The position numbers were made by a program, and so were the translations under genes. 63,962 nucleotides of DNA. It comes from Neophaeotheca triangularis (taxonomy: Eukaryota). Shown here one piece after another: positions 11,628 to 24,005 of the stretch; within the stretch, counting starts at the first letter, position 1; the number at the start of each line of letters is the position of its first letter. The stretch spans positions 124,001 to 187,962 of the forward strand of contig BAAIJX010000044.1 in the NCBI GenBank assembly GCA_054600435.1, read 5' to 3'. The notes under the pieces are model-generated. The model was not told the DNA's origin, made no database searches, and worked only from the letters and a program-made list of their open reading frames with translations.

Positions 11628-14600
11628 AAACAAATAGGACCTGTCGCTAAGAGCGAGCATTAGGAACTAAACAACATAAATACTTAACACAAAATAGCAT
11701 TAGGAACGGTCTTCCGAACAACATGTACTATTAATAGATACGAAACCTTTACTATAATAGATTCCGGAGCTAGCGGAAACTTTATCTTAGAAACGTTCGT
11801 ATATTAGTATAGGCTAGCTACCTAGAAGAAAACAGATAGTAGGTATGAACTAATAGCTATAGACGGCTTATCACTACCCGACGTAGATAGCGAAACAGTA
11901 CTACTACTACTTGTCTTCTAAAAGCATCATAAGCGAATTGTCCTAGACATTATACCTATAGCTAGATATAACATTATTCTAGGCACTCCTTAGTTAGAAC
12001 GACACAATCCTATAGTAGATTAGAGAAAACGAGTACTCACATTTAATAGGTGTAGTTACGTCACTACAACCTACTCTATATACTAGTAGTAATCGATAGT
12101 AGATAAGAGAAGGTAGATTAACGAAACATATCGCTAATCGACTACGATACTAATACAAATTAGATCGGACTCTATAGATACTAAACTAGCCTAAATAGAC
12201 TAATAGGTAAGAGTTAAGGAAGGAAGTCATGTACCTTTAGATATCCCTAGAGAATTTAGGAAATAGAAACGCCTTTTCTAGGAAGAGGAAGGAGTAGCCG
12301 CTCTACCTAGACATTAACTATAGGACTACCGAATTAACATTTAGCCTAGTATAAAAATACTATAGGGACCACTTTACGCGCTATCCGAAAAAGAGCTCGA
12401 AGAGTAATGATAATAGCTAGATAAGAAAATGAAGAAAGGATAGATTCGACCCTCTACTTCATTAGCCGCTTCACTACCGTTTTTCGTTCTAAAGAAAGGA
12501 GGAAAATTATGAATGATTATCGATTTTAGATGACTAAATGCGATTACCACAAAAAACCGTTATCTACTACCTAATATCGACGAGATGAGAGATCGACTCA
12601 CTAGTTCACACTAGTTCACTAAAATCGATCTCTAAGATACATTCTATTTAGTTAGAATAATAAGGGGGGAAGAGTAGAAAATAGCTTTTCAAACGCGCTA
12701 TAGACTTTACGAATTCTAGGTTATACCTATAGGACTTATGAACGCCCTAGTAACCTATTAGTAACTTATTAACGACATCCTACGAGACCTACTCGATATT
12801 ACTAACATCGCTTATATCGATAACATATTAGTCTTCATGAAAGGATTATGAGAACAACATACTAAGGACATACACATAGTATTCGAATGACTCGACAAAG
12901 TAGACTTTAGAATAGTACTAGAGAAATACGAGTTCTATAAGAAGGAAGTCGACTTTCTAGGCTTTATGATTAGTACTACTAGGATCCGAATAGACCTGAA
13001 GAAAACTTAACTGATCGAGGAATAGCTAACACCTAGGTTAGTTAAGGACATCTAAGTATTCCTCGGATTAGCTAACTATAATCGGAAATTCATGTAGGAT
13101 TACTTAAGGCTCGCTATACCTCTAACTAACCTTATAAAGAAGGACATACTATTCATATAGGGAAAGATTCAACAATAATCCTTCGATAAGCTTAAGGAGT
13201 TATACATAACTACCCCTATACTTAGGATGTTTAACCCTAAGAGACCTATCTAAATCGAAACTAATGCCTCTAATAGAGTAATAGGAGCTTACCTTATGTA
13301 GGAGGTTAAAAGCAAACGACACCCTATCACTTACTTCTTAAGGAAGATGTCACTAGTAGAATAGAATTATGAGATCTATAATAAAGAACTACTCGTAATC
13401 ATTATAGTATTACGATACTAGAGAGTGTACTATAAAGGAGTAACTAGACTAACTATTTACTTAGATTATAAGAACCTACAATATTTCATAACTACTAAGG
13501 AACTATTACGCTAATAATATAGATAGTTAGTGTCGTGGTGACTCCCGTACTACATTTATAGGCGTACTAGTTTTACGGTATTTGCTTTGTCATTACCCCC
13601 TTCACATACCTATACCTCCCCCTACACTAGTACTTATATCTTAGACACCTACCTAGATAGACACATATAGAATAAATTGCGACTACTTGAATTAGCCTCT
13701 ATACACTATGACCGACCTAACTGATTTCTGACCCCTAACGTATTGTTCGTAACCGTTACGAACAATCCCTGATTCTCGACTACACCCGATTCCTAATCCC
13801 GCTACATTATTCATAACCGTTATGAACAATACCTCCCTGAGTAAAACTAGTCTCCCGGCTTCTCGAGTGCTCTTACTACTCGACATTAGAGCTACTCGGA
13901 CAATACAAGTTCGACATAGTCTATACTCCTAGAAAGGATAATAGGCGCGCTAACACGCTAAGTAGAAGAAGTGACTATATAGAAGGACATCTTCTATAGC
14001 AATACTATATACTGAAAGTTAATAAGGATAGAAGCCTAAGCGCTAACCCTTAGGAATTTAACTTAGTACTATAAGTACTTAGGGATAACACTAAAGAATT
14101 CCCTATCGAATATAGGAAGTTTAGGGTTCTAAATAAAAAGGAATACTAGTACATCTAGGACTACTACGATAGACCTACTAATAGACATCTAGGAATCGCT
14201 AGAATAGTAGAACACATTAGACGTAACTTCATGTTCCCTAGAATAAGACAGAAGGTCTTAGAATACATTAAGAAGTGTATAAGCTACTAATAAAACAAAT
14301 CTTCGAGACATACTAAATATGGAAACCTACAATTCTAGGAGCCACTAGATCTACTATAGAACGAGGTCATAATGGATTTTATCGTTAAGTTACTAAGATC
14401 TAGAGACCTATTAATAAGTAAAGACTATAATTCAATTCTAGTTATAGTCGATAGACTCACGAAGTATTCACATTTCGTTCCCTATAATAAGACAATTACT
14501 ATAGAAGAACTCAGATACCTTATTCTCGACAGATTAGTACGATACTATGGCATTCCTATAGTTCTAATTACAGATAGAGATAAGCTCTTCACATCTAACT

Positions 14601-15450
14601 ACTAGAAGACCTTAATTTTAGTAATTAGAGTAAAATACAAGCTATCGACAGTATTTCACCCTAAAACTAATAGACAAATAGAACGCTTAAACTAATCCCT
14701 CGAAACATACTTATGACATTACGTTAATTACGCTTAGGACAATTAGGTAGTACTCTTACCTATAGTACAGCTCGTACTTAATAATAATGCCTCTAAGATA
14801 ATAGGCATAACTCTATTCTACGTAAATTTCGGAAAAGACCCTAACATGTTTATAGAACTAAAGCTAGGACTACTCGTAGAAAGAGCCCTATAAACATCTT
14901 CATAGCTATAAGAGGCACACAAATAGGCGAAAGACAATATTACATAATTATAGTAACGACTCAAGTTATAAAGACATAAGGACTCTAAAACAGCACCTTA
15001 GCTTAAGAAGGGGGATAAGGTATACTTACTTATAAAAAACCTAAAGATAAGAAGACGAACATGAAAACTAGACTATGTTAAGGTCAGACCGTTTCTAGTT
15101 AAAGAATAAAGAGGAAAAGTTAACTACCTCCTCTAACTCCTAAAAGATACTAGAGTCTATCTAGTATTCTACATATCCTTACTCGAACTAGTAGATGCCG
15201 AAACACCTATCTAAGACACCTTCTATCATGATCTACTAGAGGAAGAAGCCGAGTACGAGGTCGAAAAGATTCTAGATAAGGACGGTTAGAACTACCTTAT
15301 GAAATGGAAAGGATATCCTATAAGCGAAAACACTTAGGAACTTAAGGACAACTTACTTAACTATTAGAAGATCCTATAGCAATATCACTAGGAATTAGAC
15401 TAAGGTCCTAAAACTCGTTAGGTAGGCTATCTATCGAAGTCTAAGTAAGA
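11628..15450 (+). pseudogene. pol: pol of A, heavily RIPped, interrupted by solo LTR C
   Basis: Collinear with B pol, differing mostly by transitions; MDFIVKL ORF at 14372; chromodomain at ~15245-15370. Confidence 0.9.
13531..13885 (+). mobile_element. Solo LTR (C) of element-E family inside RNase H region of A
   Basis: 355 bp, TG...CA, 4-bp TSD ttag (13527-13530 / 13886-13889); reverse complement of E LTRs at 28124-28478 and 40037-40391. Confidence 0.93.
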
Positions 15451-15953
15451 GGATTTAAAGCCAGATTAGGACCCGGTTAATTAGGAGGAAAGTTAGGATT
15501 AAAGAGCTCGTTACTACCTTCCTCGAGCTCGAGGAGCTTGATATTATACTCTTTAACAGCTATAGCCTCTCCCTCCTTCTCCTATAAACAGTCTATTTGT
15601 CTCTAAAGACGTATTTCCTTAGACAATAAACGATTTGCTTCCTCTTAAGCCTCGGCTACCTTTTACTAAGTAATAACGGACATATACCGAGCCTCTTCTA
15701 TCGCCTTATAAAGACGCTCGTGATCACGACGAAGACGAGCGAACTTATTCTCCGTTACTCTCATATCGTAAGAAGAAATGTTTCGCTATATATAGGTAGT
15801 ACACTTTCTAGACTAAATGTACACCTTATACACATGACCCGCCTCCTAGCATTATGTACATTTTCGAACCATGTCGAGAACCGTTCTATGCGAATCTAGG
15901 AAATTGAATAACTCGTAGCGACGAGTAGTAGAAGATTTCTTTGTTTTAGGTAT
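15357..15953 (-). pseudogene. Antisense accessory ORF of A (divergent Zn2Cys6-like / coiled-coil protein, ~198 aa)
   Basis: De-RIP reading MPKTKKSSTTRRHELFNFLDSHG...CTxCQEAGHVCKVHIRSGKCTACVQRNISSCD...RLRRQMDRLQEKEGEAIAVEE...LNPLTWTSMDGLPDEFW; no frameshift over 597 nt. Confidence 0.75.
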
Positions 15954-16041
15954 CGCGTTAATAAAGGAAGATACTATTAACTATAGAACGAAAGATAAGT
16001 AGAGAATAAGCTTAGGACGAGCTAGACTAGGAGGGGGATAG

Positions 16042-16467
16042 TGTTACGAACACTACGCTATGTCTAGCGTATAATGAGGAATGCTTAGTAGAATCTACGG
16101 TTATAGGACAGAGCACATTCAGGTCATATGACGTACTTACCTCTACTTAGTACTCACCTTTAACTAAGTACTACTAAGTAATAGAGCAATACTTACCTCT
16201 ACTTAGTACTCACCTTTAACTAAGTACTACTAAGTAATAGATCATAATGATTAGAGACACGAATCTCCTTTATATTTAGGTAGCGATATTTCCTAGATAG
16301 AGATTTGTGTTTAACTTATGTTACAATCTTACTAAAAGGTCTATAGCGACACTTCACGTATCTTTGAAATCCTTATGATAAAGGAAACACCCTTACTAGC
16401 CTTCTACGATATCTCTCCTCTTCCGCTACGAGCTCTACCTATAAGACTACCTTATAGGATCATAACA
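16042..16467 (+). repeat. 3' LTR of A
   Basis: Direct repeat of 1694-2119. Confidence 0.95.
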
Positions 16468-19400
16468 CTATGTCGTAACCTAGCATTTTAGCGACCGTTT
16501 CTACCTATTCTTCGAAATTGTTATAGCCCTAAAGTTTAGCATTATCGATTATTAGTAGAGGTTTAAGTTTTAGGGCTGTAGTAGTACTTACGTCTATAGG
16601 TTCGCTTTCTGTTAGGATATGCCTAAAGTATACGCGAACCTCGAAATAGAGATCAGTAGGGACTAATTTACATGGTTCTAGGAGCGCTACATAATAGTAA
16701 TGAACCTAGAGCCTACACGATAACGAGTACCTATAGGAGAGAGAGGCATTATTAATAGTAACCGCTTCGAGCTTAAAAACAATATGGTACACCTATCTGA
16801 CATAGTGAATCGGGTCTAGCACTAGATTTGTAATGAGTAGTATTGTCTCTAGCGCTATATTAACGAACCTAAAGCGCTAAAGGTGTGTCGATTTCACTTT
16901 CCTTAGAGCGCTAGACCTACTAAAGTTAATAAGAAGAGAAACCCTAACTACTAGTTGTTCTATACTACCTCGAATAAAACTAACATGAACTAGTACAATC
17001 CTGCTATTAGTCTAGGATGGCGGGCGAACAGCGACCTTTCCCCGTACACGTCTCTTTAGGTAGTACTAACTTATGTTGCTAAGTACTATACGAAAGACGA
17101 GCTATAGACTAATACCTACTAGTATATGTTAAGGTTCCTTACTCCTTACCTTAACGAGTCCTAACTAAAACTATCCTTCGCGTCGAAGATAATAAACAAA
17201 CTAATTACCGAGCGTGACTAGTCAGCTTAGGAGGTATCCTATATTCTATTTAGGCTTTAACTCTATAGTAGTAGTCGCGAGGTTATTACCTTTAACTATT
17301 AACCTAAGTACCTTCTTAGGGAATCCGTAGAGCTAAATGAAGATAGTATAGAGTAGGACACTAGTAAGAGCATGCTTGAAAAGTATAAAGCTCGTGATGC
17401 TAAGTACGACTACTCGCTATTACGCTTCCTTTAAGGCTATAAACACGTAGTACGTAAGAAGTATCGTCCTCGACCTCGCGCTCGTAATCGCGTCATTATG
17501 TACTAGCTATAGTACGTTCCCTATAGCGAAGATCTCGAAGATTATTGCTATATGAAGATTGTATTACACTATCCCTTCTACATATATCCTACTCTACCGT
17601 ACGAAGGTGCCCTTACCTAGAAGGCGGCTTATACCTCTTACTAGGAATCCTATAAGCATGAACTAGACTTTCTTAAATAAGAGCTACTACTACCTAATAA
17701 TGAAGAGTTTTAGTTCGAGGATCTAGAAGATGACATTATCGATAAATAGGAGTAGCTCGCTATAGAAACCGCTATTCGTAACCCTATAGAGAGATCTAAG
17801 GACCCTAACAATCTAGGGTCATAGATAGAGGACTAGAGGTATAACTAGAGCTTCTACATTAGTACTTATCTCGATACTAGGGTCTATAATAGCAAATAAT
17901 ACTGGAAGCGTTAGAAAGAACTCTATCTAGATGCCCCTCGCGTAGTATAGCACTCTATAGATGTCCTGTCTACTTTAGCCCTAGAGTAGCGTATAATCTA
18001 TAATATAGTGATAGCTTACTATAGTAAGTCCTTACTTAGCTGTAGTCCCCCTCCGCTTTTACTTAATATTAACAGTCGAGCCGGTATCGGCAAGTTATTC
18101 ATTATTAATGTCATTTCTGCCTACCTCGTAGCTAAAGCTAGCGACTAGGTTATTATATAGTGCGCTCCGACTAGTACTATATCCTTCGGCATAACTAGGA
18201 GTACGCTATACTCCCTCTTTAAACTCCTAGTATATAAGGTTAAAGAAATGTCGCTACTCGTACCTAGCGCTCTTAGCGCCCTTTAAACTATGCTCCGTAA
18301 TACCCGGTACCTTATAATTGACGAGAAATCTATAGTTAGCTTAGCTACCCTATCCTATATCGAAAAACGCCTTCTCGAGGCCTTCCTAGAATAGAGACAT
18401 ATCCTATTTAGCGGTATGTCTATCCTTTTGTTTAGCGACTTCTAGTAGCTTCCTCCTATAGCTAATAAGGCTTTATATTTTAACATCTAGCGCTCGGAGT
18501 CCCTCGCTAATAATAACAAATCAGTACCTACTAATAATACCCGTTATTCCTAAAATCCCCCTAGAGACTTAGGAGAGCCCTCTAATAACAACTCCCGCGT
18601 AGCTAATAACATCTAACTAGCTATATACTTTAACTAAAGCGCATCCTGGGACGACATTAAGGGTTACTACAAATACCGTGCGTTTAATTAGAGCGTTAAG
18701 CTCTAGGTTTAGTAGCGTTAAGACGCTAATTAGAACGCTTTCTGGGAAGCCCTCGATAGTCTACGATTTTGTTTAATCACTATAGAACACTAGTAGACCC
18801 TAGCTTCTTATTACTAGGTCAATTTGACCTTTAACGAGATTAAGCAATTTGACGATGTAGTTCGCCTATATCCTACCTCTACGGTAGTAAATGAATACAA
18901 CTACCGTTAGTAGCGAGATAGTAGATAGCTAGTACTTAAAGTCTTTACCTTATATCGTCCTAATAATTGTATCGTAGAAGAAGCCTTAGTAGCTAAAGCT
19001 AGACAACTAGAGTAGTACCTTAAGCTTAGTATTAGCTATAAGCTAATGTGCCTTAAGAACATCTAGATAGAGTATAGGATAGTTAATAGGACCCTTTACC
19101 GCCTTTATGACATCGTTTAGCCTATTAATGCTGATGTCTAACATGATCAACCGCTTTACCTACTCGTCGCTCTCCCTTCGAAAAGCTATAGCGGACCTAT
19201 AGTCGAGACATACTTATAGCGTAGATCTAAGTACTCTATAGTACTAATCTTCTACTCCTAAAGGGATTTCTATAAGAAGGGGGAGGTACGGTACTATAAC
19301 TAGTTCCCTATTAAGCTAGTATATGTACTTACTATTCATAAAGCTTAAGGTATAACTATGTAAAAGGCGGTACTAGATCTTACCGTTAGGGTATAGAACA

Positions 19401-19510
19401 TAGCTGTGTTCTACATCGCGGTCTCTCGCGTAAAACGGCTTAACGACTTAATGTTCGAGTAGACTTTCGACCTCGAGCGGCTCTAGGCTATAGGTAGTGT
19501 TAGCGCTAAT
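16468..19510 (+). pseudogene. Helitron RepHel middle: HUH Rep motifs and PIF1-family helicase
   Basis: De-RIP RFEFQGRGSAHVHG (16559-16600), GRAGTGKS Walker A (~18074-18097), IIDEKSM (~18314), FGDFWQLPP (~18431), QFPIKLAYALTIHKAQG (~19300), FYIAVSRVKRL (~19410). Confidence 0.88.
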
Positions 19511-19945
19511 TGTTACGATCCTACAAGGTAGTCTCACGGGTAGAGCTCGTAGCGGAAGAGGAGAGATATCGAAGAAGGCTGGTAAGGGTGTTTCCTTTAT
19601 CGTAAGGATCAAAGATACGTGAATGGTAGTGGTAGACCTTTTAGTAAGATTGTAACATGAGTTGAACACAAACACCTATCTAAGAAACTCGGTCATGATA
19701 TATACATAGGAGATTCGTGTGATTAGTCCTGATCAGTCTTACTTAGTTGTACTAAGTACCCTGATCACTACTAAGCAGTCCTGCTTAGTTGTGCTCAGTA
19801 GTCCTTAGTAGTTTGAGTAGTGCTAAGCAGCTCGCTTAGTTCCGCGCTAAGCCGCTTGCTTAGTTCCCGGGCGCTCCCACTAGCCTACGCTGTAGTGTGC
19901 TAATCGTTTGTCAGTGTTTCCGTCACATGTGTTATGTTCGTAATA
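19511..19945 (-). repeat. 3' LTR of D
   Basis: Repeat of 26259-26693; PPT on the minus strand at ~19946-19958. Confidence 0.95.
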
Positions 19946-20041
19946 CTACTCCCCTTCCATACTAGCGTCGTCTCGATGCTAACGTTATAGGTCCCGTCGC
20001 ATTCCCACATCTCTACTCATCATGACTCTTCTCCTTTCGCG

Positions 20042-20635
20042 ATACCTAATCCTCGTCTCGGCCGAAGCATAATCCGACGTCGCTAACTAGTAGACTTCAT
20101 TGAATCGAACGGCGAAGTTATGGTTAAGGCTTGTTCCACTTACATGAAGCATAAGCGTGTTTGTTGCGTGCATGTACGGTCTAGAAAGTGCAGCGACTGT
20201 TTACGTTGTGGTTAGAGGTGTGATCTTCAGGTGACGCAGTCAGAATGGGAGCGGTTAAAACGCGAGCGTTCCAAACTACGCGCATCTATTCAAGAAGCGT
20301 TTAACGCTTAGTAGGCCGTAAGGAAGGCTAAAGAGGCCGCTCAGGACGCTCTAAGCACTGCCTTTACTCGAGAGTAAAGGTTACGCCGTTAACTCGACCT
20401 TTTAGAAAAGCGGGAAGCGGAGGCCATTACTATAGAGGAGGCTAATATCGAGCGGTAAGAGGAGGAAGAACATGTAGAAGCCGCGGAGGTTGTTACGTTA
20501 GATGAGCCCTCGTTAGATCTTGGCGTAAACTTATCGCCCTCTACCTAGAACGCCTTAGACGGTGGTTTCGACTTGTCGTCCGAGTTCTAGGGTTTCGATA
20601 CTAGTAGTACTGTCGTAGAAGCGTCTAGTAGTTAA
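20042..20635 (+). pseudogene. Antisense accessory ORF of D (Zn2Cys6-like + coiled coil + acidic tail, ~197 aa)
   Basis: De-RIP MPNPRLGRS.IRRRQL.DFIESNGEVMVKACSTC.KHKRVC.VHVRSGKCSDCLR.GQRCDLQVTQSEWERLKRER...LSPSTWNALDGGFDLSSEFW; not in the ORF track because of RIP stops. Confidence 0.85.
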
Positions 20636-23600
20636 GTAGGTTATCCTTAGGTTCCCATGTGTTTTCGCTTATGGTGTATCTTTTCCATTTCACGAGGTAG
20701 TTCTGACCGTTCTTGTCTAGAATCTTTTCGACCTCGTACTCGGCTTCTTCCTCTAGTAGATCGTGGTGAAAGGTGTCTTAGATTGGTGTTTCGGGGTCTA
20801 CTGGTTCAAGCAAGGATATATGGAAGACTGGGTAGACTCTAGCGTCTTTAGGGAGTTAGAGGAGGTAGTTAACTTTTCCTCTTTGTTCTTTAACTAGAAA
20901 CGGTCCGACTTTGACATGGTCTAGTTTTCGTGTTCGTCTCCTTGTCTTTAGGTTTTTCGTAAGTAGGTACACCTTATCCCCCTTCTTAAGCTAAGGTGCT
21001 GTTTTGGAGTCTTTATGTCTTTATGACTCGAGTCGCTATTACGACTATGTAATTTTGTCTTTCGCCTATTTATGTGCTTCCTATAGCTACGAAGACGTTT
21101 GTAGGGCCTTCTCTACGAGTGGTCCTAGCTTTAGTTCCATAAACATGTTTAGATGTTTTCTAAAGTTTATATAGAACGGAGTCATGCCTATCGTTTCTAA
21201 GGCATTGTTGTTAAGTACGAGCTGTGCTATAGGTAAGAGCGCTACCTAATTGTCCTGAGCATAGTTAACGTAATGTCTCAAGTACGTTTCGAGGGATTGG
21301 TTTAAGCGTTCTGTTTGTCTATCGGTCTTAGGGTGAAATGCTGTCGAGAGCTTATGCTTCACTCCTATTACTAATATTAAGGTCTTCTAGTAGTTAGATG
21401 TGAAGAGCTTATCTCTATCCGTAATTAGAACCATTAGAATGCCGTGTTATCGTACTAATCTATCGAGGACAAGGTATCCTAGTTCTTCTACGGTAATTGT
21501 CTCGTTATAGGGAACAAAATGTGAATACTTCGTGAGTCTATCGACTATAACTAGAACCGAATCGTAGTCCTTATGTGTCGATAGGTCTTAGGACCTTAGT
21601 AGTTTGACGATGAAATCCATTGTGACCTCGTTCTATAGTAGATCTAGTGGCTCCTAGAATTGAAGATTTCCATATTTAGCATGTCTAGAAGCCTTGTTTT
21701 GTTAGTAGCTTATACACTTCTTGATGTATTCTAAGACCTTCTATCTCATTCCGGGAAACACAAAGTTACGCCTAATGTGTTCTACTATTCTAGCGATTCC
21801 TAGATGTCCGTTAGTAGGTCTATCGTAGTAGTCTTAGATGCACTAGCGTTCCTTTTCGTTCGGAACCCTGAACTTCCCGTGTTCGATAGGGAATTCTTTA
21901 GTGTTATCCTATAGTACCTATAGTACTAAGTTAAACTCCTAAGGGTTAGCGCTTAGGCTTCTATCCTTATTAACCTTTAGTATACGGTGTTGTTATGGAA
22001 GGTAGCCTTCTATGTAGTCGCTTCTTCTACTTAGCGCGTCAGCGCGCCCATTGTCTTTTCCGGGAGTGTAGACTATGTCGAACTTGTATTGTCTAAGTAG
22101 CTCTAACCATCTACATTGCCGGCATGACAATTCCTTAGTTATTATGAAGTATTATAGGTTCTTGTGATCCAAGTAAATAGTGAGTCCGGTTACTCCTTCA
22201 CAGTACACTCTCTAGTATCGTAATGCTATAACGATTACGAGTAGTTCTTTATCGTAGATCTCGTAATTCTGTTCCGCTAGTGACATCTTTCTTGAAAAGT
22301 AAGTGATAGGGTGTCGTTTGCTTTCAACCTCCTACGTGAGGCAAGCCCCTATCACTCTATTAGAGGCGTCGGTTTCGATCTGAATTGGTTTCTTGGGGTC
22401 AAACATCCTTAGCGTAGGAGCGGTTATGTATGACTCCTTAAGTTTGTCGAATGACTATTGTTAAATCTTTCCCTATACGAATGGTGTGTCCTTTTTCGTG
22501 AGATTAGTTAGAGGCATAGCGAGCCTTCAATAATCCTTCACGAATTTCCGATTGTAGTTAGCTAGTCCGAGGAATGCCTAGATATCCTTGACTGACTTAG
22601 GTGTCGGCCATTCCTCGATCGATTGAGTTTTCTTCGGGTCTATTCGGATCCTAGTGGTGCTGATCACAAAGCCTAGAAAGTCGACTTCCTTTTTGTAGAA
22701 CTCGCATTTCTCTAGTGCTGTCCTGAAATCTACTTTGTTAAGTCGTTCGAACACGGCGTGTACGTCCTTAGTGTGCTGTTCTTGTGATCCTTTCGTGAAG
22801 ACTAATATGTCGTCGATGTAAGCGATGACAGTGATGTCGAGTAGGTCTCGTAGGATGTCGTTAACGAGTTGTTGACAGGTTGCTAGGGCGTTTATGAGTC
22901 CTATAGGCATAACCTGGAATTCGTAAAGTCCATAGCGCGTTCGAAAAGCTGTTTTCCACTCTTCCCCCTTTACTATTCTGACTGAATAGAATGCATCTCG
23001 GAGATCGATTTTAGTAAACTAGTGTGAACTAGTGAGTCGATCCCTTATCTCGTCGATGTTAGGTAGTGGATAACGGTTTTTTGTGGTAATCGCATTGAGT
23101 CGTCTGAAATCGATAACTATTCGTAGTTTTCCTCCTTTCTTCAGAACAAAAAACGGTGGTGAAGCGGCTAATGAAGTGGAGGGTCGAATCCATCCTTTCT
23201 TCATTTTCTCATCTAGCTATCGTCGTTACTCTTCGAGCTCTTTTTCGGATAGCGCGTAAAGTGGCCCCCATAGTATTTTCGTACCGGGCTGAATGTCGAT
23301 TCGGTGGTCCTATAGTTGATGTCTAGGTAGAGCGGCTGCTCCTTCCTCTTCCTAGAAAAGGCGCTTCCATTTTCTAAATTCTCTAGGGATATCTAAAGGT
23401 GCGTGACTTCTTCCTTCAACTCTTACTTGTTAGTCTGTTTAGGCTAGTTCGGTACCTATAGAGTCCGATCCAATTCGTATTGGTATCGTGGTCGATTGGC
23501 GATACGTTTCGTTGATCTACTTTCTCTTATCTACCGTCGATCGCTACTAGCGCGTAGGGTAGGTTGTAGTGACGTAACTACACCTATCGAATATGAGTAC

Positions 23601-24005
23601 TCGTTTTCTCTAATCCACTATAGGATTGTGTCGTTCTAGCCAAGGTGTACCTAGAACGATGTCATGTCTGGCTATAGGCATGACATCCAAGATAACACGC
23701 TCGTAGTACTTCTAGAAGACAAGTGGTAGCGGTACTGTTTCGCTATCCACGTTAGGTAGTGATGAGCCGTCTACGGCTATCAATTCGTACCCGCCATCTG
23801 TTTTCTTCTAGGTAGCTAGCCTATGCTGACGCACGAACGTTTCCGAGATAAAGTTTCTACTAGCTCTAGAGTCTATTATGGTAAAGGTTTCGTATCCGTC
23901 GACAGTACATGTTGTTTGGAAGACTATTCCTAATGCTTATTAGTGTTAAGCATTTGTGTTGTTCAGTTCCTAACGCTCGCTCTTAGCGATAGGTCCTATT
24001 CGTTT
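20541..24005 (-). pseudogene. pol: pol of D
   Basis: RT ORFs 22578-22910 and 23019-23204 match B pol. Confidence 0.93.

Larger units (their letters stand above)
2160..11637 (+). pseudogene. gag: gag of A, split by insertion B (2160-3700 + 10960-11637)
   Basis: ATG at 2160 in the same context as B; zinc knuckle at ~2933-2975; resumes after TSD tagtg; AAAAAAC slippery site at 11625-11631. Confidence 0.85.
1694..16467 (+). mobile_element. Ty3/Gypsy chromovirus LTR retrotransposon copy A (CfT-1-like), heavily RIPped, containing B and solo LTR C
   Basis: 426-bp LTRs at 1694-2119 and 16042-16467; 5-bp TSD ctatg (1689-1693 / 16468-16472); PPT gagggggatag before 16042; gag from 2160; pol with PR-RT-RH-IN-chromodomain. 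Confidence 0.95.
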
